Source of the DNA: Stenotrophomonas sp.
GTDB taxonomy: Bacteria; Pseudomonadota; Gammaproteobacteria; Xanthomonadales; Xanthomonadaceae
NCBI RefSeq assembly: GCF_050737575.1
Contig: NZ_JBOHXW010000007.1
Location: 20,722-84,721 of the forward strand
DNA length: 64,000 bases
Reading direction: 5' to 3'
Shown here: piece after piece, positions 50,012-58,492 of the stretch
Layout of the letters: each line of letters begins with the position of its first letter
Numbering within the stretch: position 1 is the first letter of the stretch
Notes under the pieces: model-generated
What the model saw: the letters and a program-made list of their open reading frames with translations, nothing else
The model's database searches: none
What the model was told of the DNA's origin: nothing
Position numbers and translations under genes: made by a program

Positions 50012-50761
50012 CTATTTCCATATCTCAGTCGTGATGAAGCCGTAGTCTCTGCTGTTGCAAGCCTCAATGCTTGCAATGCCTTCATGCATACCAAGCGACA
50101 GCAATCCCGTTCCACAGACAACGGCACGAGATGCCCAGAGCCACCTCTGACGGTGAGAGGATTCGCCCACTGTACAGCCGGGAAGAAAGTTAGCTCTCCA
50201 GCTGACAATTGCCCCGCCCTCCTCCCACTCTGCGTCCGCATGTACGGCAAACCCGCCAGGATCGCCGCGATAAACCGAGCCTGGGCCATCCATCACGATA
50301 CTCATCGTCGCACCACAGAAAGCACGTGCGGCACTAGCGGCAGGGCTTACGGCCTCATTCCTCCTTGACTTCGCACCTTCCGATAGGGAGCTTCCTCCGC
50401 AGGCAAGCAATGCCTGTGCGTCTTTCGTAAGCGTAGCGATGCCGGTACGGACAACCTCGCCGCCGAACTTGGAACAATACTTATCGAGTTTTGTCAGCGT
50501 ACTCTCAGGCTGGCGCGATGCGTCCAGCTCCAGCATTCCATCAGGTCGTACCGCGTGTATCAGCTCAACGTAGTCACCATTTTCAAGCTGATACGTGCGC
50601 AGCAGCGTTGCTGACGTCCTAGCCAGCGAGACATCGCTGGATGTCGTCTCTGACACCAGCTTGAACGAACCCCACATAGGCGTCTTCCCGTTCTGTGCAG
50701 CAGAAGCCATCGCGATGGAGAGAAGAAAAATTGCTGCAGAACTGTTCTTGAGATTCAACAT
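50012..50761 (-). CDS. Hypothetical exported protein
   Basis: ATG 50761 with AGGA RBS; signal-peptide-like AAIFLLSIAMASA; several Cys; no recognised family. Confidence 0.5.
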   Translation of the reverse strand: MLNLKNSSAAIFLLSIAMASAAQNGKTPMWGSFKLVSETTSSDVSLARTSATLLRTYQLENGDYVELIHAVRPDGMLELDASRQPESTLTKLDKYCSKFGGEVVRTGIATLTKDAQALLACGGSSLSEGAKSRRNEAVSPAASAARAFCGATMSIVMDGPGSVYRGDPGGFAVHADAEWEEGGAIVSWRANFLPGCTVGESSHRQRWLWASRAVVCGTGLLSLGMHEGIASIEACNSRDYGFITTEIWK

Positions 50762-51119
50762 GTCTTGTCCTTGAATTGCTGAACTTTCTTGTATGAAGCG
50801 CGCGCGAATGCGTCCTTGCAAGTACAGTCGGACTGCCAAACAAAGGCTTGATTGACCGTAAATGCATCCTCACCCTAGCGATATAGTTCACTGAAGAACG
50901 GTGAGCGATGTCTCACTAGCTGCCCGCCGGGGAAAACTCTGAATAGCTCCACGCTGATGCCGAATCACCGCGCCTAACGGGAGCACCCTAGTCGCGGCAC
51001 AACGGACGTTTCTTCGCACCGAACAACAAGGCCGACGCGGGCAAGAACGGGCGTCGGCATGGAGTTCGCCGAGTGCTCAACATGACTCTGATCGGGGTTT
51101 CTAGCGGACCTTCCCGACA

Positions 51120-51647
51120 TCAACTGCCTTCCATGTCATCCGTGAGCAAGAGGATGTAAGGCTCACATCGCTCGTCGCGGCAGCCCAGATATCTGATCTC
51201 GTCTCCGCTGGTCAATGTGACCACGCCACCACCGTTGATCACGAAACGCCAGCGCCGCTCTTCCATCGTGGCTTCTCCAGAGATGGAACACGGAAGCTGA
51301 TAGAAGTTGCTGTGCGGCGCGGTCTCGTAGCGCTCGCTCAGTACAAACAGTTCCCGCACTTGGCTTGGGGACAGTGTCCACGCTGCACATTCGGGTTCGA
51401 GCATGTCGCCGGCTTTCCCGGTGTAGCTTGCGGCAGAAACGCGGATATTCAGAACGTCGTGATCTTGCCGGGAAGCAGAAACTGGGCTGCACGAAAGGAG
51501 GCAACCCATCAGCAGAAGATGGGGAGTACAGGTCACCGCCTTCACCAGGCGGTTTGCATGGAAGAATTTTCCGGCTGATGGCGTCGCGGTGATGATTGAG
51601 CCACCACCTGTCGTTCTATCGCCAAGCACACTCCATAACTTCGCCAT
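51120..51647 (-). CDS. Cys-containing putative lipoprotein whose frame starts with a PAAR-like fragment
   Basis: MAKLWSVLGDRTTGGGSIITATP resembles the PAAR N terminus; later LLLMGCLLSC lipobox-like segment and a Cys-containing domain (CAAW, LPCSISG, LGC..RC). Confidence 0.5.
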   Translation of the reverse strand: MAKLWSVLGDRTTGGGSIITATPSAGKFFHANRLVKAVTCTPHLLLMGCLLSCSPVSASRQDHDVLNIRVSAASYTGKAGDMLEPECAAWTLSPSQVRELFVLSERYETAPHSNFYQLPCSISGEATMEERRWRFVINGGGVVTLTSGDEIRYLGCRDERCEPYILLLTDDMEGS

Positions 51648-51947
51648 TCAACACCCGGAGTTTTGACTGTCGTGAAGCACTCGATGGTAGTCATGCGAAC
51701 GCGCCGATCGTTGCGCACCTGCCATGGGAGTTGTCGTCATCAATCAACCCGAGCGACCAATAGGAATTTTCTTAGTCGGCTTCGGTGCTGCACTTGCTTG
51801 ATCTGGATCGGAAGCGATGGGTGCGTGAATCCGACCGGCCGGCTTTTTTTCAGAAAGCAAAACGCCGGCATCTCTGCCGGCGCTTGCTTGAACACCTATC
51901 AATGTTTTTGGTGTGAAGCATTCACCTCAACATCACCGCATCAGAAC

Positions 51948-52925
51948 TCAGGGACGCAACAACACCTTCCCATTCTTGCCCGGCTGCAGACTCGCCTTCG
52001 CCGCTTCCGCTGCATCGGCCAGGTCGTAAATCCCCTGCACGGGCAGTGCCAGCTCACCGCTCATCACGCGCGTCAGCAGTTCGCCGACCAGTCGGCGCTT
52101 GTTCTCCACCGACATCTGTTGGCTGACCTTGCTGCCCCAGAAGCCCTTGACCGTGGCCTGCTTGAAGATGACGTCGCCGGACGGGATCAGCATCGGTTCG
52201 CCTGTCATGCTGCCGAACGACACCAGCGTGCCGTTTTCGCCGAGCAGCGACAGCAGGTCCGCGCTTGCCTGGCCGCCGATGGAATCGACGGCGGCGTGTG
52301 CAAGTGCGTCACCGAGCAATGCGTGGGCGCGCTGCTTCCAGTCGGCCTGCTCGGTGGACAGTACGTTGTCGATGCCCAGTGCCTTGAGTTCTTCAACGCC
52401 GGCATCGCGGCGCACCAGGCCTAGCACCTGCACGCCGCGTGCGGCGGCGAGCATCGCCAGAGTCTTGCCGACCGCGCCGTTGGCGGTGTTCTGCACAATC
52501 CATTGGCCGGGCTCGGCCTGCAGGAATTCCAGCAGCATCAGCGCGCTGAGCGGCATGGCGATCAACTGCGCCGCCGCTTCGTCGGCGATGGCGTCCGGCA
52601 CGGGGATGACCATGCGCGCCGGTGCGATGAAGTGCTCCGCCCAGGTGCCGTGTACCGAGGCGGCCATCACGCGCTGGCCGATGGCGATGCCTTCGACGCC
52701 CTCGCCCACGGCATCAACGGTGCCTACTGCTTCACTGCCGCCGATGGCCGGCAGTGTGGGCTTATAGCCGTACTTGCCACGGATGGTCCACAGGTCGTGG
52801 TTGTGGATGGGCGCGAGGATCGTCTTGATCCGCACTTCGCCCGGGCCGGGCTGCGGCACCGGGCTGTCGCCCAGGGCCAGCACGTCGGTCGGTTCACCAA
52901 AGGTGGTGTGGATGGCGCTTCGCAT
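51948..52925 (-). CDS. MDR-family NADPH:quinone / enoyl reductase
   Basis: PIHNHDLW, GSEAVG, GTWAE, AMPLSA, NTANGAVG, GKVLL motifs; no catalytic Zn ligands seen. Confidence 0.88.
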   Translation of the reverse strand: MRSAIHTTFGEPTDVLALGDSPVPQPGPGEVRIKTILAPIHNHDLWTIRGKYGYKPTLPAIGGSEAVGTVDAVGEGVEGIAIGQRVMAASVHGTWAEHFIAPARMVIPVPDAIADEAAAQLIAMPLSALMLLEFLQAEPGQWIVQNTANGAVGKTLAMLAAARGVQVLGLVRRDAGVEELKALGIDNVLSTEQADWKQRAHALLGDALAHAAVDSIGGQASADLLSLLGENGTLVSFGSMTGEPMLIPSGDVIFKQATVKGFWGSKVSQQMSVENKRRLVGELLTRVMSGELALPVQGIYDLADAAEAAKASLQPGKNGKVLLRP

Positions 52926-52943
52926 GGTGATCTCCGGTGGGAA

Positions 52944-53354
52944 TCAGGCGGCGGTGACGTGCAGGCGCACGTCGATGTTGCCGCGCGTGGCGTTGGAGTA
53001 CGGGCAGATTTTGTGCGCGGCTTCGACCAGACGCAGCGCGGCGGCTTCATCCAAACCCTTCACTGCAACGTGCAGATCAATGTCCAACGCGTAGCCGCCT
53101 TCAGCGGTCTGGCCGATGCCCACTTCCACCGAGGTTTCGGTGCCGCTGGGTTGCAACTGCAGCTGCTTGGCGGCCACCGGCAATGCGTTGTCGAAACAGG
53201 CGGCGTAGCCCAGTGCGAACAGCTGTTCGGGGTTGGCGCCAGCCTTGCCGGAACCCGACAATGCGAGGTCAAGCGCGAGGCTGCCGTCGTCCAGTGCGGT
53301 GCGGCCAGCACGGCCGCCGGTGGAAGTGGCGCGGGTCTTGTAGAAGATTTTCAT
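52944..53354 (-). CDS. ohr: Organic hydroperoxide resistance protein
   Basis: TGGRAG, NPEQLFALGYAACF, AHKICPYSNATRGNI motifs. Confidence 0.93.
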   Translation of the reverse strand: MKIFYKTRATSTGGRAGRTALDDGSLALDLALSGSGKAGANPEQLFALGYAACFDNALPVAAKQLQLQPSGTETSVEVGIGQTAEGGYALDIDLHVAVKGLDEAAALRLVEAAHKICPYSNATRGNIDVRLHVTAA

Positions 53355-53433
53355 TACCGATTCCTTGGGGGAGCGTGGGGGTGGATGCGGTGAACGTTGG
53401 AGGTGACGTGTTGCGGTTCTATTGCCGATGATT

Positions 53434-53463
53434 CCCCGGGTGCACTTCGCTTAACCGGCTACG
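53434..53463 (-). repeat. GTAG-type REP element (single copy)
   Basis: Minus strand CGTAGCCGGTTAAGCGAAGTGCACCCGGGG: GTAG tetranucleotide plus an imperfect palindrome. Confidence 0.5.
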
Positions 53464-53482
53464 CAGACGGGAGTGCAGGTGC

Positions 53483-54160
53483 TCAGGCCAACTGCGCGAG
53501 CAAGGCCTTGGCGACGGCTTCGGAACTGGCCGGGTTCTGGCCGGTGACCAGGTGGCCATCGGTCAGCACGAACGACTGCCAGTCCGGGCCCTTGCTGTAG
53601 TTGCCACCGAGGCGGGCGAACGCGTCTTCGATCAGGAACGGCACCACGGCGCTCAGCCCGACCGCGTCTTCTTCGCTGTTGGAGAAGCCGGTGACCTTGC
53701 GACCGGCGACCAGCGGCTTGCCGTCGGCGGTGCGTGCGGCGATCAATGCACCGGGTGCGTGGCAGACCAGATCCAGCGGCTTGTTGGCACGGTCGAAGGT
53801 TTCGATGAGGGCGATGGAATCGGCATCACGCGCCAGATCCCATAGCGGGCCGTGGCCGCCCGGGTAGAACACCGCGTCGAACTGCGCGGGGTCGATCTGC
53901 TTCAGCGGCAGCGTCGTCGCCAGATGCTGCTGCGCGGCACTGTCCTTGCGGAAGCGCTCGGTGGCCGGCGTCTGCGCATCGGGCGCGTCGCTGTGCGGGT
54001 CCAGCGGCGGTTGGCCGCCCGCTGGCGATGCCAGGGTGATGTCGGCGCCGGCATCCTTGAACACGTAATACGGCGCGGCGAATTCCTCCAGCCAGAAGCC
54101 GGTCTTGTGCCCGGTGTCACCGAGCTGGTCGTGCGAGGTCAGGACGAACAGAACCTTCAT
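53483..54160 (-). CDS. DJ-1/PfpI-family protein (Hsp31/glyoxalase III-like)
   Basis: KTGFWLEEFAAPYY, FYPGGHGPLWDL, VCHAP, VTGQNPAS motifs. Confidence 0.92.
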   Translation of the reverse strand: MKVLFVLTSHDQLGDTGHKTGFWLEEFAAPYYVFKDAGADITLASPAGGQPPLDPHSDAPDAQTPATERFRKDSAAQQHLATTLPLKQIDPAQFDAVFYPGGHGPLWDLARDADSIALIETFDRANKPLDLVCHAPGALIAARTADGKPLVAGRKVTGFSNSEEDAVGLSAVVPFLIEDAFARLGGNYSKGPDWQSFVLTDGHLVTGQNPASSEAVAKALLAQLA

Positions 54161-54170
54161 GGCGGTGCCT

Positions 54171-54803
54171 TCAGTGATTGGGGGAGGAAACAGGTGCGAC
54201 GGTGTTGCCGCACATCAACAGATGCTCGGTGGCCCCGCGCGCTTGTTGCAGTGGCAGGCGGTCCTGGCTGAGCTTGGACAACAGCGCCGCGCCCAGCCAC
54301 ATCTGATAGAGCACGCGCGCGACATCGAGCGCGGGTTTGCCGGGCGGCAGCGAGCCATCGGCGCGGCCTTCTTCGACCAGTGCGGCGATGCGCTGCAGCA
54401 GCCGTTGCACGCCGCCATCGAGCACGCGACGCATGTCTTCGGAAAGATCCGCGACCTCGGCAGCCAGCTTCACCACCAGACATTCCTCGGCCCAACCCTG
54501 GGCCGGATCGGCCGGGTCACGCGCCCAGGCATCCCAGTAGCGCATCAAGCGCTGCTGCCCATTGCCGCCGTCGGCCAGCAGCAGCTCCAGCTTGCGCCCG
54601 TAGTCGTCTACGTACTGTTGCAACAGCTCACAGCCGAAGCCTTCCTTGGACGCGAAGTAGTGATAGAACGAGCCCTTGGGCACCGCACAGGCCTTGAGGA
54701 TTTCCTGCAGGCCAAGCGCGGCAAACCCCTTCTGCAGAACCAGCCGGTAGCCGGTATCGAGGATGTGCTGGCGGGTAGCCTGAGCTTTGGGGGAGAGGTT
54801 CAT
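54171..54803 (-). CDS. TetR-family repressor, NemR-like
   Basis: ATG 54803; GFAALGLQEILKACAVPKGSFYHYFASKE; ECLVVKLAAEVADLSEDMR. Confidence 0.87.
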   Translation of the reverse strand: MNLSPKAQATRQHILDTGYRLVLQKGFAALGLQEILKACAVPKGSFYHYFASKEGFGCELLQQYVDDYGRKLELLLADGGNGQQRLMRYWDAWARDPADPAQGWAEECLVVKLAAEVADLSEDMRRVLDGGVQRLLQRIAALVEEGRADGSLPPGKPALDVARVLYQMWLGAALLSKLSQDRLPLQQARGATEHLLMCGNTVAPVSSPNH

Positions 54804-54821
54804 GGGGTGGACTTTACTCCG

Positions 54822-54840
54822 AATAGACCGGTCGTCTATT
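54822..54840. promoter_or_regulatory. Palindromic TetR operator AATAGAC-CGGTC-GTCTATT
   Basis: Inverted repeat about 20 nt upstream of the TetR start; resembles TAGAC...GTCTA NemR-type boxes. Confidence 0.7.
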
Positions 54841-54926
54841 AACAGATGGTTAGTGGGGGCGCTGGGGATTGCCGGGGATGGGACTCCGTTGATGTCGATG
54901 GAGCTGAGGCCTGGGCTTGGGCCGCC

Positions 54927-55100
54927 GACGACGACGACGACGACGCAAAGCATGCAATCCAACCCTTCTCCCGTTTACGGGAGAAGGTGCCCCGAAGGGG
55001 CGGATGAGGGGAGCTTTGGCTTTGGCTTGGCCCGCATCTTTATTGAAGCGACTTCGTTCCACCCTCTCCCCAACCCCTCTCCCGTAAAGGGAGAGGGGCT
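54927..55100. repeat. (GAC)x6 tract plus composite REP (type A 54963-55011, CTTTGG spacer, type B 55059-55100)
   Basis: Read directly; same arrangement as 3108-3276. Confidence 0.8.
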
Positions 55101-55378
55101 AAAGCTGGGCCGAAGCAGCTCCAGCCTTGCCGCCAACTTCGTCCATTTCCCAGCAATCGCCGCGCATTACACCCGAGCGCTTTGATGCGGCCGTCGTTCG
55201 ACGCGAGCGGCCAATCAGACAAATCTCATGCCAGCCCTGTCCCAGGCACTGCCGCGCAAGCAATCCCAGAAACCCGCCAAAATTCAAACAAACGATTAAA
55301 ACGAGGCTAATTTCGTCGAACTGGACAGCATCGCCAGCTTCCCTCACACTGCCGCCCTTTCCCGCCGACCGCTGGATC

Positions 55379-55825
55379 ATGGCAAAACTGTTGGTCCTCC
55401 ATGGCCCCAATCTGAACCTGTTGGGCACCCGCGAGCCGGATGTCTACGGCCACACCACGCTGCCGCAGATTGACGCGGCGCTGGCGGCGCAGGCGCAGCA
55501 GGCGGGGCATCAGGTCGAGCACCTGCAATCCAACGCCGAGCATGTGCTGGTGGATCGCGTGCAGGCTGCGCGTGGCGATGGAACCGCTTTCATTCTGATC
55601 AACCCGGCGGCCTTCACCCACACCTCGGTCGCCCTGCGCGATGCGTTGGCGGCGGTGGCCATTCCGTTTATCGAGATCCACCTGTCCAACCCGCACAGCC
55701 GCGAGCCGTTCCGCCAGCACAGCTATCTCAGTGACAAGGCGGTCGGCGTGATCTGCGGCTTTGGTGCGGACAGCTACCGCTACGCCATGGATGCGGCATT
55801 GACCCGCCTGGTGGCCACCGAATGA
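55379..55825 (+). CDS. aroQ: Type II 3-dehydroquinate dehydratase
   Basis: [41 protein letters not shown] motifs. Confidence 0.96.
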   Translation: MAKLLVLHGPNLNLLGTREPDVYGHTTLPQIDAALAAQAQQAGHQVEHLQSNAEHVLVDRVQAARGDGTAFILINPAAFTHTSVALRDALAAVAIPFIEIHLSNPHSREPFRQHSYLSDKAVGVICGFGADSYRYAMDAALTRLVATE

Positions 55826-56250
55826 ACCCGCAGCCGCAGTTGCTGGCCGGTCTGGTGCTGGGTTGCCTGCCGCTCGCGGTGGCGCATGCCGGCAGCGTTG
55901 ACCGCGCCGCCGATGGCATCGACTGCGCAACCGCCACCAGCACGATGGAACGGGATCTGTGCGCGTCCGATCGCGCCGAAGACGCCGATGCCCTGCTCAA
56001 CACCGCTTACGCGCAGGCCCGCCAGCAGTTACGGCGGCAGGCCGCAGATGGCAGCTGCACGCATTGCGCCGACGCCGAGCAGCAACTGGTGATCGCGCAG
56101 CGCGCCTGGATCCAGCTGCGCGACAAGGATTGCGACGCGGTGTACGCCTTTCATGCCGATGGCACCTCGCGCAACGGCGCGCAGATGCATTGTCTTACCA
56201 CCCACGCGCAGGACCGTACGCGGCAGCTGCGCGATTTTTACGAACTTTGA
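55822..56250 (+). CDS. LprI/DUF1311-family exported protein (lysozyme-inhibitor-like)
   Basis: Signal peptide; DC...[23 protein letters not shown]...R motifs; ATGA overlap with aroQ. Confidence 0.78.
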   Translation: MNPQPQLLAGLVLGCLPLAVAHAGSVDRAADGIDCATATSTMERDLCASDRAEDADALLNTAYAQARQQLRRQAADGSCTHCADAEQQLVIAQRAWIQLRDKDCDAVYAFHADGTSRNGAQMHCLTTHAQDRTRQLRDFYEL

Positions 56251-56303
56251 CCCGGGCGCCCCGCGCCTTCTCCTTACCGCTTAATAGAACGAAAGAGGCC
56301 CTC

Positions 56304-56780
56304 ATGGATCTGCGCAAAATCAAGAAGCTCATCGACCTGCTGGAAGAGTCGAACCTGGCCGAGATCGAGATCAAGGAAGGTGAAGAATCCGTGCGCCTGT
56401 CGCGCAACCCGGTCGGCACCTATGTCGCCGCACCGGCTCCGGTCTACGCCGCACCGGCCGCTGCCGCTGCACCGGCCATGCCGATGAGCGGCCCGACCGA
56501 AGCCTCCACCGGCGGCACCGCCAAGCCGGGCAATGCCCTGCCGGAAGGCCACGTGCAGCGCGCGCCGATGGTCGGCACCTTCTATTCGTCCTCGTCGCCG
56601 GACAAGCCGGCCTTCGTGACCGTTGGTCAGACCGTCAAGGCCGGTGAAACGCTGGCCATCATCGAGGCGATGAAGATGTTCAACCCGATCGAGGCCGAAG
56701 TGTCCGGCACCGTGGTGGCCATCCTTGGCGAGAACGGCAGCCCGGTGGAATTCGACCAGCCGCTGTTCGTGATTGCCTGA
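56304..56780 (+). CDS. accB: Acetyl-CoA carboxylase biotin carboxyl carrier protein
   Basis: [16 protein letters not shown]; Ala/Pro linker; EAMKM biotinylation motif. Confidence 0.97.
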   Translation: MDLRKIKKLIDLLEESNLAEIEIKEGEESVRLSRNPVGTYVAAPAPVYAAPAAAAAPAMPMSGPTEASTGGTAKPGNALPEGHVQRAPMVGTFYSSSSPDKPAFVTVGQTVKAGETLAIIEAMKMFNPIEAEVSGTVVAILGENGSPVEFDQPLFVIA

Positions 56781-56790
56781 GGCGCCGGCC

Positions 56791-58158
56791 ATGCTCGACA
56801 AGGTCGTTATCGCCAACCGGGGTGAAATCGCGCTGCGCATCTTGCGTGCGTGCCACACCCTTGGCATTCGCACGGTCGCGGTGCATTCCACCGTTGACCG
56901 CAATCTCAAGCACGTTGCCATGGCCGATGAATCGGTCTGCATCGGCCCGGCACCGTCGTCGGAAAGCTACCTCAACATCCCGGCGCTGATCGCCGCGGCC
57001 GAGGTGACCGACGCCCAGGCCATCCACCCGGGTTACGGCTTCCTCTCCGAGAACGCCGACTTCGCCGAGCGCGTGGAGCAGTCCGGTTTCATCTTCATCG
57101 GCCCGCGTGCGGAAACCATCCGCCTGATGGGCGACAAGGTGGAAGCGATCCGCGCGATGAAGGCTGCCGGCGTGCCGTGCGTGCCCGGTTCGGGCGGCCC
57201 GCTGGGTGAAGACATCGTCGCCAACACCAAGATCGCCCGTGAGATCGGCTACCCGGTCATCATCAAGGCGTCGGGCGGCGGCGGCGGCCGTGGCATGCGC
57301 GTGGTGCATGCCGAAGCCTCGTTGAAGGCCTCCATCGAAACCACCAAGTCCGAAGCCAAGGCCGCGTTCGGCAATGGCGAGGTCTACATGGAGAAGTACC
57401 TGGAAAACCCGCGTCACGTGGAAATCCAGGTGCTGGCCGACGGCCAGGGCAACGCCATCCACCTGGGTGAGCGCGACTGCTCGATGCAGCGCCGTCACCA
57501 GAAGGTCGTCGAAGAAGCACCGGCACCGGGCATCACCGCTGAACTGCGCGAGCAGATCGGCAAGGTCTGCGTGGAAGCCTGCATCCGCATCGGCTACCGC
57601 GGAGCGGGCACGTTCGAGTTCCTGTTCGAGGACGGCAAGTTCTACTTCATCGAAATGAACACCCGCGTGCAGGTGGAACATCCGGTGACGGAGATGGTGA
57701 CCGGCATCGACCTGGTGGCCGAACAGCTGCGCATTGCCTCGGGCCAGAAGCTGAGCATCAAGCAGAGCGACGTGGTGCTGCATGGCCACGCCATCGAATG
57801 CCGCATCAACGCCGAGGACGCGGAAACCTTCATCCCCAGCCCCGGCCTGATCACCGGCTTCTACCCGCCGGGTGGCCCGGGTGTGCGCGTGGATACGCAT
57901 ATCTACGCCGGCTACAAGGTGCCGCCGAACTACGACTCGATGATCGGCAAGCTGATCGTGCACGGCCCCGACCGCGACACCGCCATCGCGCGCATGCGCG
58001 TGGCGTTGAGCGAGATGGTGGTGGACGGCATCAAGACCAACGTCGCCCTGCAGCAGCGCATCATGCGCGACAAGGGCTTCCAGGCCGGTGGGCAGAACAT
58101 CCACTACCTGGAAAAGCGTTTGGCCGAGCGCAAGAACCAGTCGATTGCCTTGACCTGA
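56791..58158 (+). CDS. accC: Biotin carboxylase
   Basis: [61 protein letters not shown] motifs. Confidence 0.97.
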   Translation: MLDKVVIANRGEIALRILRACHTLGIRTVAVHSTVDRNLKHVAMADESVCIGPAPSSESYLNIPALIAAAEVTDAQAIHPGYGFLSENADFAERVEQSGFIFIGPRAETIRLMGDKVEAIRAMKAAGVPCVPGSGGPLGEDIVANTKIAREIGYPVIIKASGGGGGRGMRVVHAEASLKASIETTKSEAKAAFGNGEVYMEKYLENPRHVEIQVLADGQGNAIHLGERDCSMQRRHQKVVEEAPAPGITAELREQIGKVCVEACIRIGYRGAGTFEFLFEDGKFYFIEMNTRVQVEHPVTEMVTGIDLVAEQLRIASGQKLSIKQSDVVLHGHAIECRINAEDAETFIPSPGLITGFYPPGGPGVRVDTHIYAGYKVPPNYDSMIGKLIVHGPDRDTAIARMRVALSEMVVDGIKTNVALQQRIMRDKGFQAGGQNIHYLEKRLAERKNQSIALT

Positions 58159-58180
58159 TCAAGCGCCATCAACGGGCATG

Positions 58181-58212
58181 AAAAAGGCGGGGAAACCCGC
58201 CTTTTTCTTTGC
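58181..58212. terminator. Bidirectional terminator after accC
   Basis: AAAAAGGCGGGGAAACCCGCCTTTTT. Confidence 0.85.
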
Positions 58213-58351
58213 TCTGAAATTAGCCCTCCCTTTGCGGGCGAAGCACGCAGGGGGAAGCTGGGAGGGGGGTGGCCTTTCGCGCGCGTCCTCTACCAGCAAC
58301 CTGATCAGCGTCGAGCCTCAGCCGAACTGCCAGGGAGCCAGGAAGGCGTTG

Positions 58352-58391
58352 CCCTCACCCCAACCCCTCTCCCGCATGCGGGATAGGGGCT
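58352..58391. repeat. REP-like type B element
   Basis: CCCTCACCCCAACCCCTCTCCCGCATGCGGGATAGGGGCT; more degenerate palindromes at about 58223-58270 and 58430-58475. Confidence 0.7.
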
Positions 58392-58492
58392 CCCAGCTGA
58401 GACTCGACGCTAATCAGGTACCTGCAAAAGCCCCCCTCCCGAACCGTCCCCTGCACCTGCGGTGCAAGGAAGGGAGCAACGGCAACACAGGC

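Noticed and set aside
34465-51120. Integron cassettes: GTTAGGC core sites on the minus strand near 34470 and 50975, downstream of accessory genes
   Set aside because: No matching RYYYAAC inverse core or attC-length palindrome at the gene ends and no intI in the window; an IntegronFinder run would settle it.
44190-51950. Prophage, IS or tRNA-anchored integrative element
   Set aside because: No integrase, transposase, phage structural gene, tRNA or att-like direct repeat recognised.
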